A stretch of 64,000 nucleotides of DNA from an uncultured Chloroflexia bacterium (GCA_963724295.1 CAVRUC010000007.1:448001-512000); one strand, 5' to 3'; shown: positions 30,616-43,903, numbered from the stretch's first letter. Notes: a model not told the origin generated them from the sequence alone. Numbers and translations: made by a program.

Positions 30616-30822
30616 ATGATCGTCGGTGTCGTGCTTGTCGCTGGTAGTGTTGCGATGGGGCTCGGGCCGATCGCGTTTGTCTGCGGTGCACTGATGCTCT
30701 GGACCGGGATCGTCAAGGCCATCGTGCTCCGTATCTGGCGCACGACCTTGAGCGCGGAACCTGTGCCCGATGGCGTCCGCAACACCGGCGGTTCCGGCAC
30801 CGCGGTCAGGCAGGGATCGTGA
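30616..30822 (+). CDS. small membrane protein
   Basis: two hydrophobic segments; GTGA overlap with the next ORF; start uncertain. Confidence 0.5.
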   Translation: MIVGVVLVAGSVAMGLGPIAFVCGALMLWTGIVKAIVLRIWRTTLSAEPVPDGVRNTGGSGTAVRQGS

Positions 30823-31070
30823 CACGGCGAGCCCCTGGCCGCGCAACACGTCAGATCCTCTCCGGCTCAGAGCTGGCGCCCCCACGTGAGACGATTGGCG
30901 GGCATAGCACGGACGGCGAACCAGTTTCGTTCGCCTTCAAATACCTCGTCGCCCTTGCGGTCCTCGTTGTCGTAACCGCCCTGGTGTGGGCGGTTTGGGG
31001 CATGCCTGCGGCTAGCGCCGTGCTGTTGGCGCTGGCCGCGGGGTTGATCGCCTCCTGGCTCGTGCTCTAG
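30819..31070 (+). CDS. small membrane protein
   Basis: C-terminal two-TM hairpin YLVALAVLVVVTALVWAVWG...LLALAAGLIASWLVL. Confidence 0.55.
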   Translation: MTRRAPGRATRQILSGSELAPPRETIGGHSTDGEPVSFAFKYLVALAVLVVVTALVWAVWGMPAASAVLLALAAGLIASWLVL

Positions 31071-31085
31071 AAAACTGGATCTGGC

Positions 31086-32486
31086 TCAGAAACTCGCGAG
31101 ATCGTTGGGATCTGTTCCGTTGGTGATCTCGTCACCGTCCACGACGCCGTCCCCGTCCGTGTCCGGGTTTCTGGTGCCGGTCTGGTAGGTGTAATACTCG
31201 TCCCCGTCCGTCAACCCGTCATCGTCGGTGTCCAGGTCGACCGGATCGGTTCCCAACTCAATCTCGATCGCGTCCTCCAGCCCATCTCCATCGCTATCTC
31301 CGGGGGCGGCGACGGCGTCGGCCGGGGGTGGCTCCGCGGCCGGAGTCTCTTCGACCGCGGGAGCCTCCCCGGCAGGAGCACCAGCAAGGCCATCGAGAGG
31401 ATCGGTGCCTTGGGCGACTTCGTCTCCGTCGAGCACGCCGTCGCTATCGGTGTCAGCACTCAGCGGCGACGTACCTATCTCCGCGGTCTCCTCACCGTCC
31501 GTCAGTCCGTCTTCATCGGTGTCGGCCAGGCTTGGATCAGTTCCGGCTTCCTCTTCGTCAGCATTCGTCAATCCGTCGCTATCGTCATCGGCACGATCGG
31601 CTGCATTCTGCGTCGCCGTTGCCGTCGCGGCGGGGAGCACCTCCGTCGCTACTGCCGTCGGCGTACCAGGTGACTCGATCACGCGTCCCCCCGGAACGGG
31701 TGTCGCGCCTGCCTCCAGCTGTGGCACCGCGGGCCCGGTGTAGGCCGCGATCACCGTGGCGCCGTTTTCCGTTGCCGTGACCACGACCGGACCGGCCAAC
31801 GAGACGGCCTCGTCTCCGCCAAGGGAGAACACGTCGCCGGTCTCGCTGGCAACATCCGCTACGCCATCGAGTACGAGGACCAGCGTCGGTAGCGCCCCAG
31901 CAGGTATGGTCATCGTCCCGCCAGGACCAAGTGCGTCGCGGACAAGATCCAGATCATGTCGCGCACCGGGACCTGAGAACGGTTCGCTGGTGAACTGCAC
32001 GGTGTCGCCGGCAGGGGCCGCGGCGTCCGCGGCGACGAGGGAGAGGCTGCGATAGGCGGCCGGATCGGACCCCAATGCCACCAGCAACTGTTCGACGCCA
32101 GCTGGTGTGAGCAGCGCTTCCCCTTGTGGCAAGCGCTGCTGCTCCCCGGTTGCGAGGTTCTCGGCGAACAGGACTCCGCTGTCTACGATCAGGAACCCCA
32201 GGTCGCTCCTGGATTCGGTGGCATCTGCCGGCAGCGGCGCCGAGCGCTCCGTGATCTCCCAGCGGATGTCATCGTCAGGTATATCGACAACGCCCTGCGC
32301 GACGACGTGGGCGGTGCCACTGGCCGGCGATGGCTCATCGGGCACTTGCCAGAACGCGGTCGCAAGCTGCGCCGTGCCGAAACCGAGGACAAGCGCGGCA
32401 ACCGCCAGGACGCCGCGGCACCGAAGCAAGAGCTCTCGGACTCTCCGCGCTGACGCGTTTGCTTGTCCGCTGCGGTGACTCGTCAC
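31086..32486 (-). CDS. secreted protein with cupin-like beta domains and bacterial TSP3-type Ca-binding repeats
   Basis: signal peptide; six DxDxDG(L/V)xD..E...GT repeats in two blocks separated by a Pro/Ala/Glu linker. Confidence 0.75.
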   Translation of the reverse strand: MTSHRSGQANASARRVRELLLRCRGVLAVAALVLGFGTAQLATAFWQVPDEPSPASGTAHVVAQGVVDIPDDDIRWEITERSAPLPADATESRSDLGFLIVDSGVLFAENLATGEQQRLPQGEALLTPAGVEQLLVALGSDPAAYRSLSLVAADAAAPAGDTVQFTSEPFSGPGARHDLDLVRDALGPGGTMTIPAGALPTLVLVLDGVADVASETGDVFSLGGDEAVSLAGPVVVTATENGATVIAAYTGPAVPQLEAGATPVPGGRVIESPGTPTAVATEVLPAATATATQNAADRADDDSDGLTNADEEEAGTDPSLADTDEDGLTDGEETAEIGTSPLSADTDSDGVLDGDEVAQGTDPLDGLAGAPAGEAPAVEETPAAEPPPADAVAAPGDSDGDGLEDAIEIELGTDPVDLDTDDDGLTDGDEYYTYQTGTRNPDTDGDGVVDGDEITNGTDPNDLASF

Positions 32487-32865
32487 GAATCCCTCCTCGG
32501 TTCATCTCTGCCACGCGATTCATCGCCGGAAACGATCCCAGTCGTCTTCTGGTTCGAGCTCGACACCCGCGGTTGTCAGCCGCGATGACTCATTCGAGTG
32601 GCGCCGGTACCCGCGAACGCGATGTGTTGACGGAGAGTCACGGCGGCGCGGTAAATCCATGACCGGCGAACTCGGGCCATAACGGCGCTCGCACTGTCCG
32701 TACGGCATGATACTCGCTACGGTGGCAATCAAAAGACCGCTGAGAAGGAGTGGAGAGATTGTGGTGAGGAATCGATCCGGGTCGGTGCCGGATCGTCGCT
32801 GAGGGGATGATCTGATGGTGTGGTACTGGAAATGGGAACAGCAGGCACGAAGTACGAATTAACTA

Positions 32866-32901
32866 TTCAGGGGGTGGCGCCGACCGGCGCCACCCCCTGA
32901 A
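32866..32901 (-). terminator. strong hairpin terminator downstream of the Gly-rich gene pair
   Basis: TTCAGGGGGTGGCGCC-GACC-GGCGCCACCCCCTGAA, perfect 16-bp stem, AT-rich tail on the minus strand. Confidence 0.8.
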
Positions 32902-32918
32902 CTCGCGGTAAAGGCGAC

Positions 32919-33245
32919 CTAGCTAACGAAAGCCAGGTTGTTGTTGCCGCCGGTGGCATCCGCGATGGCGGTGCCGCCGTCTACTTCCACGGCCAACCCG
33001 GTCTGGTTCAGGATGTCACCACCGTAGACGTCGGGATCCGGGCCGTACGTGTTGCCGACCGCGATCGCGCTGCCCACGTTGCCGCCGCTGTTGATATCGC
33101 CCGCAGCCACGGCGCCGCCGTTGCCGGAGGCCGTCGCCACGCCGCCGTTACCGGCGCTCGCGATGTCTGTGACCTGCGCGGCAGCAGTCCGAAAACCGAG
33201 AACCGCTGTAAGCGCCCCCGCGAAAACGCCCTTCCCGTACTTCAT
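32919..33245 (-). CDS. small secreted Gly/Asn/Ala-rich repeat protein (108 aa)
   Basis: MKYGKGVFAGALTAVLGFRTAAA-Q signal; paralogous to the upstream ORF; GGGGAGG RBS. Confidence 0.8.
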   Translation of the reverse strand: MKYGKGVFAGALTAVLGFRTAAAQVTDIASAGNGGVATASGNGGAVAAGDINSGGNVGSAIAVGNTYGPDPDVYGGDILNQTGLAVEVDGGTAIADATGGNNNLAFVS

Positions 33246-33306
33246 CTGCACTTGCCCTCCCCAGGCATGCCCTCCCCAAAAGGACGCTATGTTTGACCGC
33301 GAGTGA

Positions 33307-33597
33307 CTAGCTGACGAACGCCAGGTTGTAATCACCACCACTCGCATCAGCAATGGCGGTCCCGCCGTTGGCGGACACGCCGATATCTGTCAGGTTGGCG
33401 ATCGACCCGCCGTCCACGCCCACCGTTCCCACGGTGTCGCCAACGCCGATCGCGTTGCCGGCGTTGCCGCCGCTGTTGACGTCGCCCAGCGAAACCGCGC
33501 CACCGTTCGCGCTCGCGGTGGCGACTCCACCGTTACCAGCGCTCGCGATGTCGGTGTCGCTCTCATCTGCACCGAAAAAGTCCCGAATCAAGCCCAT
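33307..33597 (-). CDS. small Gly/Asn/Ala-rich repeat protein (96 aa), paralog of the downstream gene
   Basis: shares TDIASAGNGGVATAS.NGGAV..GD.NSGGN.G.AI.VG.T and GGTAIADA.GG..NLAFVS; AGGGGG RBS. Confidence 0.8.
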   Translation of the reverse strand: MGLIRDFFGADESDTDIASAGNGGVATASANGGAVSLGDVNSGGNAGNAIGVGDTVGTVGVDGGSIANLTDIGVSANGGTAIADASGGDYNLAFVS

Positions 33598-33754
33598 CTG
33601 AAATTCCCCCTTTGAGTCAGCGTTGCCGAATCGCCCCCGGTGACGCCCACGTCAGTACGACGGATCGCCACATCCCCACGATTCTTGACGCACGCTACCA
33701 TCGTTCCGGCGTGATGTCAATGTTCGCGACTCACCCGAACGGACCGGATCGCGG

Positions 33755-33828
33755 TACCCCCAGCGGGATTCGAACCCGCGATCTTCACCTTGAAAGGGTG
33801 ACGTCCTGGGCCGCTAGACTATGGGGGC
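33755..33828 (-). tRNA. tRNA-Glu(TTC)
   Basis: reverse complement GCCCCCATAGTCTAGCGGCCCAGGACGTCACCCTTTCAAGGTGAAGATCGCGGGTTCGAATCCCGCTGGGGGTA; cloverleaf, TTC anticodon, GGTTCGAATCC T-loop; followed by CCG, so CCA is not encoded. Confidence 0.96.
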
Positions 33829-34160
33829 AGCGGCGTGAAGACACGATCGCTTTGCTGGCTCCGTCAAAGCCATTGTCATCAGCGATCGCGCATCTCTGAA
33901 ATGATAGTGCATGGCGGCTCAGATGAGCGACGGGGCGTGCTCCTCAACCTCGTTCCTCGGGGCTACAACGATCCTGAATCGTCTGCTACGCTATCGCTCC
34001 CGCGCGGTCTACCTACGATCAGTTCTGGACAGCAGCGATGTTCCCTCGTAAACTTAATACCGAAGCTCGGAGAACGATTGAATGAAGAAAGGAAACGGGG
34101 CTGATTGAAAAGACCGTAGAAAGAACCGAAGCGGACGATGGGCCGGCTCCACCAATTGAG

Positions 34161-35220
34161 TTGTCAACCTCGGATGTGCCGCTGACCCACCTGGTTCCGG
34201 AGTCGGACACCGACGCAGCCACTGGCCGACGCGAACGTCGTGCGCGCCGGGTTGCCTCCCCAGCGGAGCCCCTCGATTTTGACGCCAGACGGGCGGCGCG
34301 CCGGGCGCGGCGGGAATCGTCGGCGACGGAACCAGTCGCTGCCGAGGCAATCACTCCTGACGTCGCAGATCCAGATGGCACGGCAATGGCGCTCGAGGCG
34401 CAGCACGCGGATGGCGAGGCACGCCGGAGCCCAAGCGGACAGAGACGCAGTCGCCCACGAGCGCCACAGGCGGAAAAACGAGCGGCGGCGGACGCAGCAT
34501 CAGCCGGTGACGGGGCCGAGCCGGTGAGCGAGTCCGCCGGGCTGCCAGAAGGTTCCGCGGCACCTGCCGCAGCGCTGGCCGGCGACCGAACCGGGCACCA
34601 GACCCAGCCGCGGCACGCGGACCCTGCAGCGCGCGCAACGAAAGGCAGCGGCCGCGGTGGAGGGCGCTGATGAGCATCCCGCCCTGGGCGCCCTCAATCG
34701 CCATCTCAACCTGCTGATGCAGCAGTTGGGAACGGCCCACCGCGTCATTGGCCGGGTCGCGGCTGAACGAGACGCGCTCCGTCAGCAGCTCGCTGATCTC
34801 CAGGGTATCCCGGTCGACGAGATCGTGGTCACGTCGATCAGTGCAAACGATGCAACCAAGGAAAAAGAAGATCGCCCGGCGCGGACCCGGGGGCATGCCG
34901 AGCCTGGCGAACCACAGCCTTCGACCGGCTTAGCACGGTTCAATTACTTTGCCCACGACGATATTCAAGTGATGCGGAAGCGCCGCCAAATGTTTGCGCT
35001 CGTTCTGTTAGGCATGGTGCTCGTGATCTGGCTCATCATCAGGATGGGCTTCTTGCAAATGCCGGACAAGCTCTCCCGGGATAGCCTTGGCGCCCTACCG
35101 GTTATCGGCAACTTCATGTCCATTTTCTTTGCTGGCTGGATGTTCTTCCGCGTCTTCAGAATCGGCGGCAAGGGAGTCAAGTGGATCTTCCCGAGTGACC
35201 AGCGGCGCAAGAGACGGTAG
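34161..35220 (+). CDS. hypothetical membrane protein with disordered N-terminus and coiled coil, probably frameshifted near 34575
   Basis: ORF 34161-34670 (low complexity) joins ORF 34657-35220 (coiled coil plus two TM); possible CTG start at 34101 after AAAGGA. Confidence 0.55.
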
Positions 35221-36762
35221 AGGCTCGATATCGCTAGCAACCGGAAGCGGCTCCTGAGCCGCTTCCGGTACGCCTGGATGCTCGACGTGCTGACTCTGGC
35301 CGATCACCATTCTCATTGAAACTCTCGAACCCGACGCCCCCTCACGCTGAATCGAACGAACTCCCGGGAACGCACCTCCGGCGATGAGGAGCAGCAGGAC
35401 TGAGGCAGTGGCCGCAATCACCGCGGCCGCCGGCAGCGGCGGCACGCCGACGCCGACAGTAGCCTCAGGGGCGCCAAGTACATCGATGGTCCGGATCAGC
35501 GCGGTCGCCGCCAACGCGGCCGGTGCGGCGATGACTTCCCCCAACGGCGGCCAGATCAGACCGGCAACGGCCGCGAGGGCAGCGAGAGGCATCGCAATCG
35601 CCACCAGCGGCACCGCGATGATGTTTGCCGGAATGCTCGTCAGCGAGATGGTGCCGAACGCCGGTAGCAGCAACGGCAACGTCGCCAGTTGGGCCGCGAC
35701 GGTCGCGGTCAAAACTCCAGCCAGAGGCGACATGCCATCGATCGCCATGATGCCCGTCATTGCGAGCACCAGCGCAAGTGAGGCCGCGACGGAGAGGCGG
35801 AACCCGAGCGACTCGATCTGCCCCGGCTCCACCACGACCATGGCGCCGGCCGCCAGCGCGATCAACGTCACATAATCCGGTCTTCTGCCAACGCGGAACG
35901 CCAGGACGGCAGCGGTGGCGACAATCGCGGCTCGCACCGATGGCGACTGGGCTCCAGAGATCAGTGCATATGTCCAGATGGCGAGGATTGTTGCCAGCTG
36001 CCACAGCCCGCGGTAGCGGCCGATGGTGGCACTTCCGATCGTCGCCAGGATGCCGGCGACCAGCGCCAGATTCGATCCGCTGACCGCCGTCAGATGCGTC
36101 GTTCCGGTCCGGATGAACGCATCTCTCCGTTCTGTCGAAAACCCGTCGTCGTCCCCTGTTACCAGACCCGACAGAAGCACGCCGGCATCACCCGGCGCCG
36201 CCTGGCGTAGCGTGGCGCCAAGCTGGGTCCGTAAATCGGCTAGGCCGCGTAGCACGCTCGGGGAAGCGCCGCTGACTCGTATCGATGTTGCATACACGCT
36301 GGCTATGCAGCCTCGAGCTGAGATCGCAGCACGGAGTCCCATCGGCAGATCAGCCAGATTCTCAATCTTGCCTTTCGCCTCCACTGTGTCACCGAGTCGA
36401 ACGACCGGAACAGGTCCCGCCATCACGCAGACACGAGCCGGGAGACCATGAGCCGCCAGTCCAGGCTCGCCCGGCAAAGCGAGCGCGAACGACTGGCGCT
36501 GGCCGGTGAAATCCGGCGCGGTCACGACCACCCCGGTCGGAGCGCCCTGGGAAACGCGAGCAATCCGGGACGGCGAAGGGTCGGATTCAGCTCGCCAGGC
36601 ACCGAGAACGACGGCCGCTATGGCAACGGCGCAGATGGCCCAGTGCGGTCGGCTCGGCCCGACGGCCAGCAGAATCACGGCGAGGAGAACGACGATCGCG
36701 GCGCCCCACCAACCGCTAGCCACCCCGATCAGCGCGGCAGCTCCCGCAACAATTCCAGTCAT
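35095..36762 (-). CDS. comEC: ComEC/Rec2 competence membrane protein
   Basis: GTTHLTAVSGSNL, SPSVRAAI, LGFRLSVAA, SIPANIIAVP; no metallo-beta-lactamase domain; 3' end uncertain. Confidence 0.88.
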   Translation of the reverse strand: MTGIVAGAAALIGVASGWWGAAIVVLLAVILLAVGPSRPHWAICAVAIAAVVLGAWRAESDPSPSRIARVSQGAPTGVVVTAPDFTGQRQSFALALPGEPGLAAHGLPARVCVMAGPVPVVRLGDTVEAKGKIENLADLPMGLRAAISARGCIASVYATSIRVSGASPSVLRGLADLRTQLGATLRQAAPGDAGVLLSGLVTGDDDGFSTERRDAFIRTGTTHLTAVSGSNLALVAGILATIGSATIGRYRGLWQLATILAIWTYALISGAQSPSVRAAIVATAAVLAFRVGRRPDYVTLIALAAGAMVVVEPGQIESLGFRLSVAASLALVLAMTGIMAIDGMSPLAGVLTATVAAQLATLPLLLPAFGTISLTSIPANIIAVPLVAIAMPLAALAAVAGLIWPPLGEVIAAPAALAATALIRTIDVLGAPEATVGVGVPPLPAAAVIAATASVLLLLIAGGAFPGVRSIQREGASGSRVSMRMVIGQSQHVEHPGVPEAAQEPLPVASDIEPLPSLAPLVTREDPLDSLAADSEDAEEHPASKENGHEVADNR

Positions 36763-37340
36763 GGCCCGGTCGTGACCAGCTCTCGCATATCGTCAATCGC
36801 TCGATCGGCGATGCCCTCGACATGGATAAGATCGTCGACGGAGCGAAACGGACCATTCTGCTCGCGATACGCGACGATCCGTGTCGCGATAACCTCCCCC
36901 ACTCCGGGCAGTGCTTCGAGCTCCTCGGCGGTTGCCGTATTGATGTTGATCCTGACGCGCGACTCTTTCACGTCGGCGGCATCGCCCGCGTCAGGCAGTG
37001 GGAGCGTCGGTGTGCTGCCTGGAACTGGAAGCGCAAGAATCACGATCAGCTCACCGTCCCGGAGCCTGCGCGCGAGATTCACCGTCGAGAGGTCCGCTTC
37101 TTCGGTCAGGCCGCCCGCGGCGGCGAGCGCGTCCTGAAGTCGCGCGCCTGGCGCAAGCTCATAGACGCCCGGAGCTTCGATCGCGCCCCGCATTTCGACA
37201 ACGACCGGCAGAGTAGCCGCGGCGTCCTCGATGACGATCGGCGGCGCGGAGCGCTCGTCGAATGCCTGGAAGAGCGCAAAGACGACGGCGATGCCCGCGA
37301 CCAGGACAGCGACCACTAACCCGATCCGCGTTACGCTCAT
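36759..37340 (-). CDS. comEA: ComEA DNA receptor (SLBB + HhH)
   Basis: N-terminal TM, GAIEAPGVY, ININTATAEELEALPGVGEVIATRIV. Confidence 0.93.
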   Translation of the reverse strand: MSVTRIGLVVAVLVAGIAVVFALFQAFDERSAPPIVIEDAAATLPVVVEMRGAIEAPGVYELAPGARLQDALAAAGGLTEEADLSTVNLARRLRDGELIVILALPVPGSTPTLPLPDAGDAADVKESRVRININTATAEELEALPGVGEVIATRIVAYREQNGPFRSVDDLIHVEGIADRAIDDMRELVTTGP

Positions 37341-37509
37341 GCTGAGAATCCGCCACGAGCCACACCGCTACCCTTGCCTAGAACCGGCGTATCGTACGCC
37401 GGGACGCTGCCCTTCGGGCGGGGTCCCGGCGCCGTGGTAGATTTGCCGGCCGCGGATCACACCGCGACGCGTTGCCGAAGTTCCGTCAGTGCTCCCGGCT
37501 CGGGGATCC

Positions 37510-40500
37510 ATGGCCTTTCCGCATCTCATCGATCATCTGCTCGACGATCCTGGTGTTGCGGACGCAATTACCGTTCTCCAACGACAGTCGATCGTCATCC
37601 CCGATCTTCCCGTAGCCGCCAGAGCCGCGCTCGCCGCGGCCGCCATTTCCCGCCAATCTGGACCGGTTCTCATCGCCGCCTCACGCGCCGATCGAGCCGA
37701 AACCCTGGCGTCGGCGATCGCCGAATACATTCCCCAACGGTCTGTCGTGCTCTGGCTGGCGCCGGAAGCGCTTCCATACGAGCAACTTCCCTTTGACCTG
37801 GAGACGGCGACCGAGCGCGCCGCGCTCCTGGATCTGCTTTCCCGACCGGCATCGTCAGAACCGGGCCCGATAGTGGTAACCCCGGCGCACGGGCTGATGC
37901 AGATCGTCATGCCGCCAGAACTGCTTCAAGCTTCGGTCCGACTCCTGCGAGTCGGGGACCGCGTTTCCCAGGAGAATCTCCTGCGCTGGGTCACCGACCA
38001 CGGGTACGAAGCGACGCCGCTCGTGCTCGAGCCCGGCCAGATTGCCCGCCGCGGCGGCATCCTTGATCTCTTCCCGCCCGGGGCCGACCTGCCGGTCCGC
38101 ATCGATTTTTTTGGCGATGAGATCGATGCCATCCGCTCCTTCGACCCGCACACGCAGCGATCCCACGAGCGGCTGCGCGAAATACGCCTCTTGCCGCCCG
38201 CTGAGCTCCCCCTGGAACGCGTGCGGAAAGCCGGCGCCGAGTTGCGCGAGCTGAGTCTGGACGGGTTGCGTCCCGAGGTCCGCGCCGAGTGGACGCGGAC
38301 GGTTGACATGCTGGAGTCGGGACAGACCCCACCTTCCCTCGATCTCTTCGCGGCGTACCTCGTCGACCGGCCGACGACGCTCACGGACTATCTGACTCCC
38401 GATAGCCTCGTCATCGTCGATGAACCTTCCGCTGTCGATCTGGTCGCATCGCAGCTCGAACGGCAAGCCCGCGAGCTGCGCGATGCCTTCATCGCCAACG
38501 GGGAGCTGCCCGCGGGTCTTCGCAGCCCGATCGCGCCCTGGGCGCGGGTTCGCAAGGCGCTGGCCACTCGTCGTGTACTCTCGCTTGGCGCTCCGGCCGA
38601 CGGCGAGCTCACGCCGGTTCATACGGTGGCCCTCGCCGATGCACCCACGTTTGCGGGTCGCCTGGGCGACGTCCTGCAGGACGTGCGGCAGCGTCTGGCA
38701 GACGGCTGGCGCGTTGCCATTGCCACCGATCAGACCGACCGCCTCACCGAACTTTTCGAAGAGCAGGACATCTTTCCACGCCGGGACCGGCGGCGAAACG
38801 CCTCCGACGCGCCGCTGCCGCTTGCACCCGGAACGCTCGAGATCCGGACCTCGGATCTGGACAGCGGCTGGTCCGCGGAAGCATCCAGGCTCCTCCTCCT
38901 GGCGGACCTGGAGGTCTTCGGGTTTCGCAAGCAAACCCGGCGCGCACATCATCGTCGCCATGCCGAGTCCGGTCCGCTCGCGTCGGCGCTCTCGCCTGGC
39001 GATTATGTCGTGCACGTCGATTACGGGGTTGGCATTTTCCGGGGTCTCGTCCGGCTCGAGACTGGTGGCGTCGAACGAGAATACCTCCAGGTCGATTACG
39101 CCAAGGCCGACCGCCTTTACGTCCCCGTCGATCAGACCGACCGCGTTGTGCGCTACTCGGGCGGTGGCATCGACCCGACCCTAACTCGCCTTGGCTCCGG
39201 AGAGTGGCAGCAGACGCGGCGGCGGGTGCGGCGAGCGGTCCGCGAAATGGCCTTTGAGCTGATCCAGCTTTACGCGACGCGTGAAACCGCCCGCGCCACG
39301 CCCTATGGACCCGACACCTTGTGGGACCATGAGCTGGCGTCGTCCTTCCCCTACACCGAGACTCCCGACCAGGAGGCGGCGATCACGGCGGTCAAGAGGG
39401 ACCTCGAGTCATCCCAGCCGATGGATCGCCTGGTGGTTGGTGACGTCGGATTTGGCAAGACCGAGGTCGCGTTGCGGGCCGCCTTCCGCGCCGTCAATGA
39501 CGGCCGGCAGGTCGCCGTACTCGTGCCGACGACCGTCCTGGCGCTTCAACACTTCACGAATTTTCAGCAGCGACTCGCTGCGTTCCCGGTTCGGGTGGAG
39601 ATGCTCTCTCGCCTGCGCACCAAGGCTGAACAGCGGGAGGTGCTTCAGGGTCTCGAAGACGGGAGCGTCGATATCGTAATCGGCACACACCGCCTGGTCC
39701 AGAACGATGTCCGGTTCAAGAATCTGGGCCTGGTGGTGATCGACGAAGAGCAGCGCTTCGGCGTTCGCCAGAAGGAATTCCTCAAGAAGCTACGGACCGA
39801 GGTCGACGTGCTCACCATGAGCGCAACCCCGATCCCCCGCACCCTGCACATGGCGCTTGCCGGTATCCGCGACATTAGCATGATCGACACGGCGCCGCAG
39901 GCCCGGCTACCGATCCGAACCTTCGTGACCCCCACGCAGGATCAATTGATCCGCGAGGTGATCCTGCGCGAGATCGATCGTGGCGGCCAGGTGTACTTCG
40001 TGCATAACCGCGTCCACGATATCGACCGCCTGGCGCACAAGCTGCGCGAGCTCGTGCCGGAAGCTCGATTTGGCGTCGGACACGGCCAGATGGACGAAGA
40101 GGTCCTCGAGGAGATCGTGCTCGGATTCGTGCGCAAAGATTTCGACGTATTGATCTCGACGACCATCATCGAGTCCGGCGTCGATATTCCGAACGTGAAC
40201 ACCATCATCATTGATAACGCCGACACCTTGGGTCTCACCCAGCTCTATCAGTTGCGCGGTCGGGTCGGGCGGTCGACGAACCGCGCATATGCCTATCTCC
40301 TCTTCAAGCCCGACAAGGCACTCTCGGCCGAAGCTCAGGAGCGGCTCGTTGCGATCCAGGAGGCCACGGAGCTCGGCGCGGGTTTGCGGCTGGCGATGCG
40401 CGACATGGAGATCCGGGGCGCCGGCAACATTCTCGGCGCCGAACAGAGCGGGCACATCGCCGCGGTCGGCTACGAGCTCTACATCCGGCTCCTCGCGCAG

Positions 40501-41014
40501 GCGGTCGAGGAGATTCGTTCCGGCGAACCACGGCGGGAGACAGGTCCGGTGATCATGGATCTGCCACTGACCGCGCTCATCCCGGCCGACTACATCGTCG
40601 ACACCGAGCTGCGGCTGGCGATCTACCGGCGGATTGCGGCAGTAGAGGATGAACCCCAGCTCGCGGACATCCGCCAGGAGTTAGAGGATCGGTTCGGACC
40701 GATTCCCGAGGAGGTCGAGCATCTCCTGGCGCTGATCGCGCTGCGCATCCGGGCGCGGTCGCTCGGTATCGAATCGATGATCGAGCGAGAGCGAGAAATC
40801 GTCATTCGCCCCGTGCCCACGGCCGGTCTCGAGCGCCGGCTGGTATCACGTCTCGGACGCGCCGTGAAACTGACTGCGCATTCGATCCGTATTCGCCTGC
40901 CTGACCTGACGATCCCCTGGGGGGAAGCCGTAGGCCTCGTGCTCGAGGCAGTAGAGTCGACCCAACCCCTCCAATGGAGCCGTCAGGGAACCGGCCGCGT
41001 TGACCGCCAGTTAG
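37510..41014 (+). CDS. mfd: transcription-repair coupling factor (true end ~41014; ORF-track extension to 41502 is a probable frameshift)
   Basis: [64 protein letters not shown]. Confidence 0.95.
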
Positions 41015-41031
41015 CGGGACGAGAGGCAAAC

Positions 41032-41063
41032 GCGAACGACCGCCCACACGGGCGGTCGTTCGC
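41032..41063. terminator. hairpin between convergent mfd and sat-cysC
   Basis: GCGAACGACCGCCC-ACAC-GGGCGGTCGTTCGC, perfect 14-bp stem. Confidence 0.75.
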
Positions 41064-41088
41064 AACGTTGCAATGCAGACCGATCCTC

Positions 41089-43735
<2,647 letters not shown>

Positions 43736-43903
43736 CCTCTTCCCTCGTCGCCGCTCGCCTAATAGTCATGCCGCATCCGCGCGGGCAAACGACCAATCCC
43801 CACCAAGTCGATTGCCTTTACAGGATGCCACAGAAGAGGCGCGCAAAACAACGTTGACCGCGTACGTATGCATGATCCGTGTTCCAGGAAGCGATGAGGA
43901 GGC

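Noticed and set aside
31086..31600. Repetitive DNA as a possible CRISPR array
   Set aside because: The repeats are degenerate coding repeats (DxDxDG); there is no constant repeat-spacer periodicity here or near the Cas1-like relic.
33700..33830. tRNA-Glu as an integration site for an island
   Set aside because: No integrase and no duplicated tRNA 3' end seen in the window.
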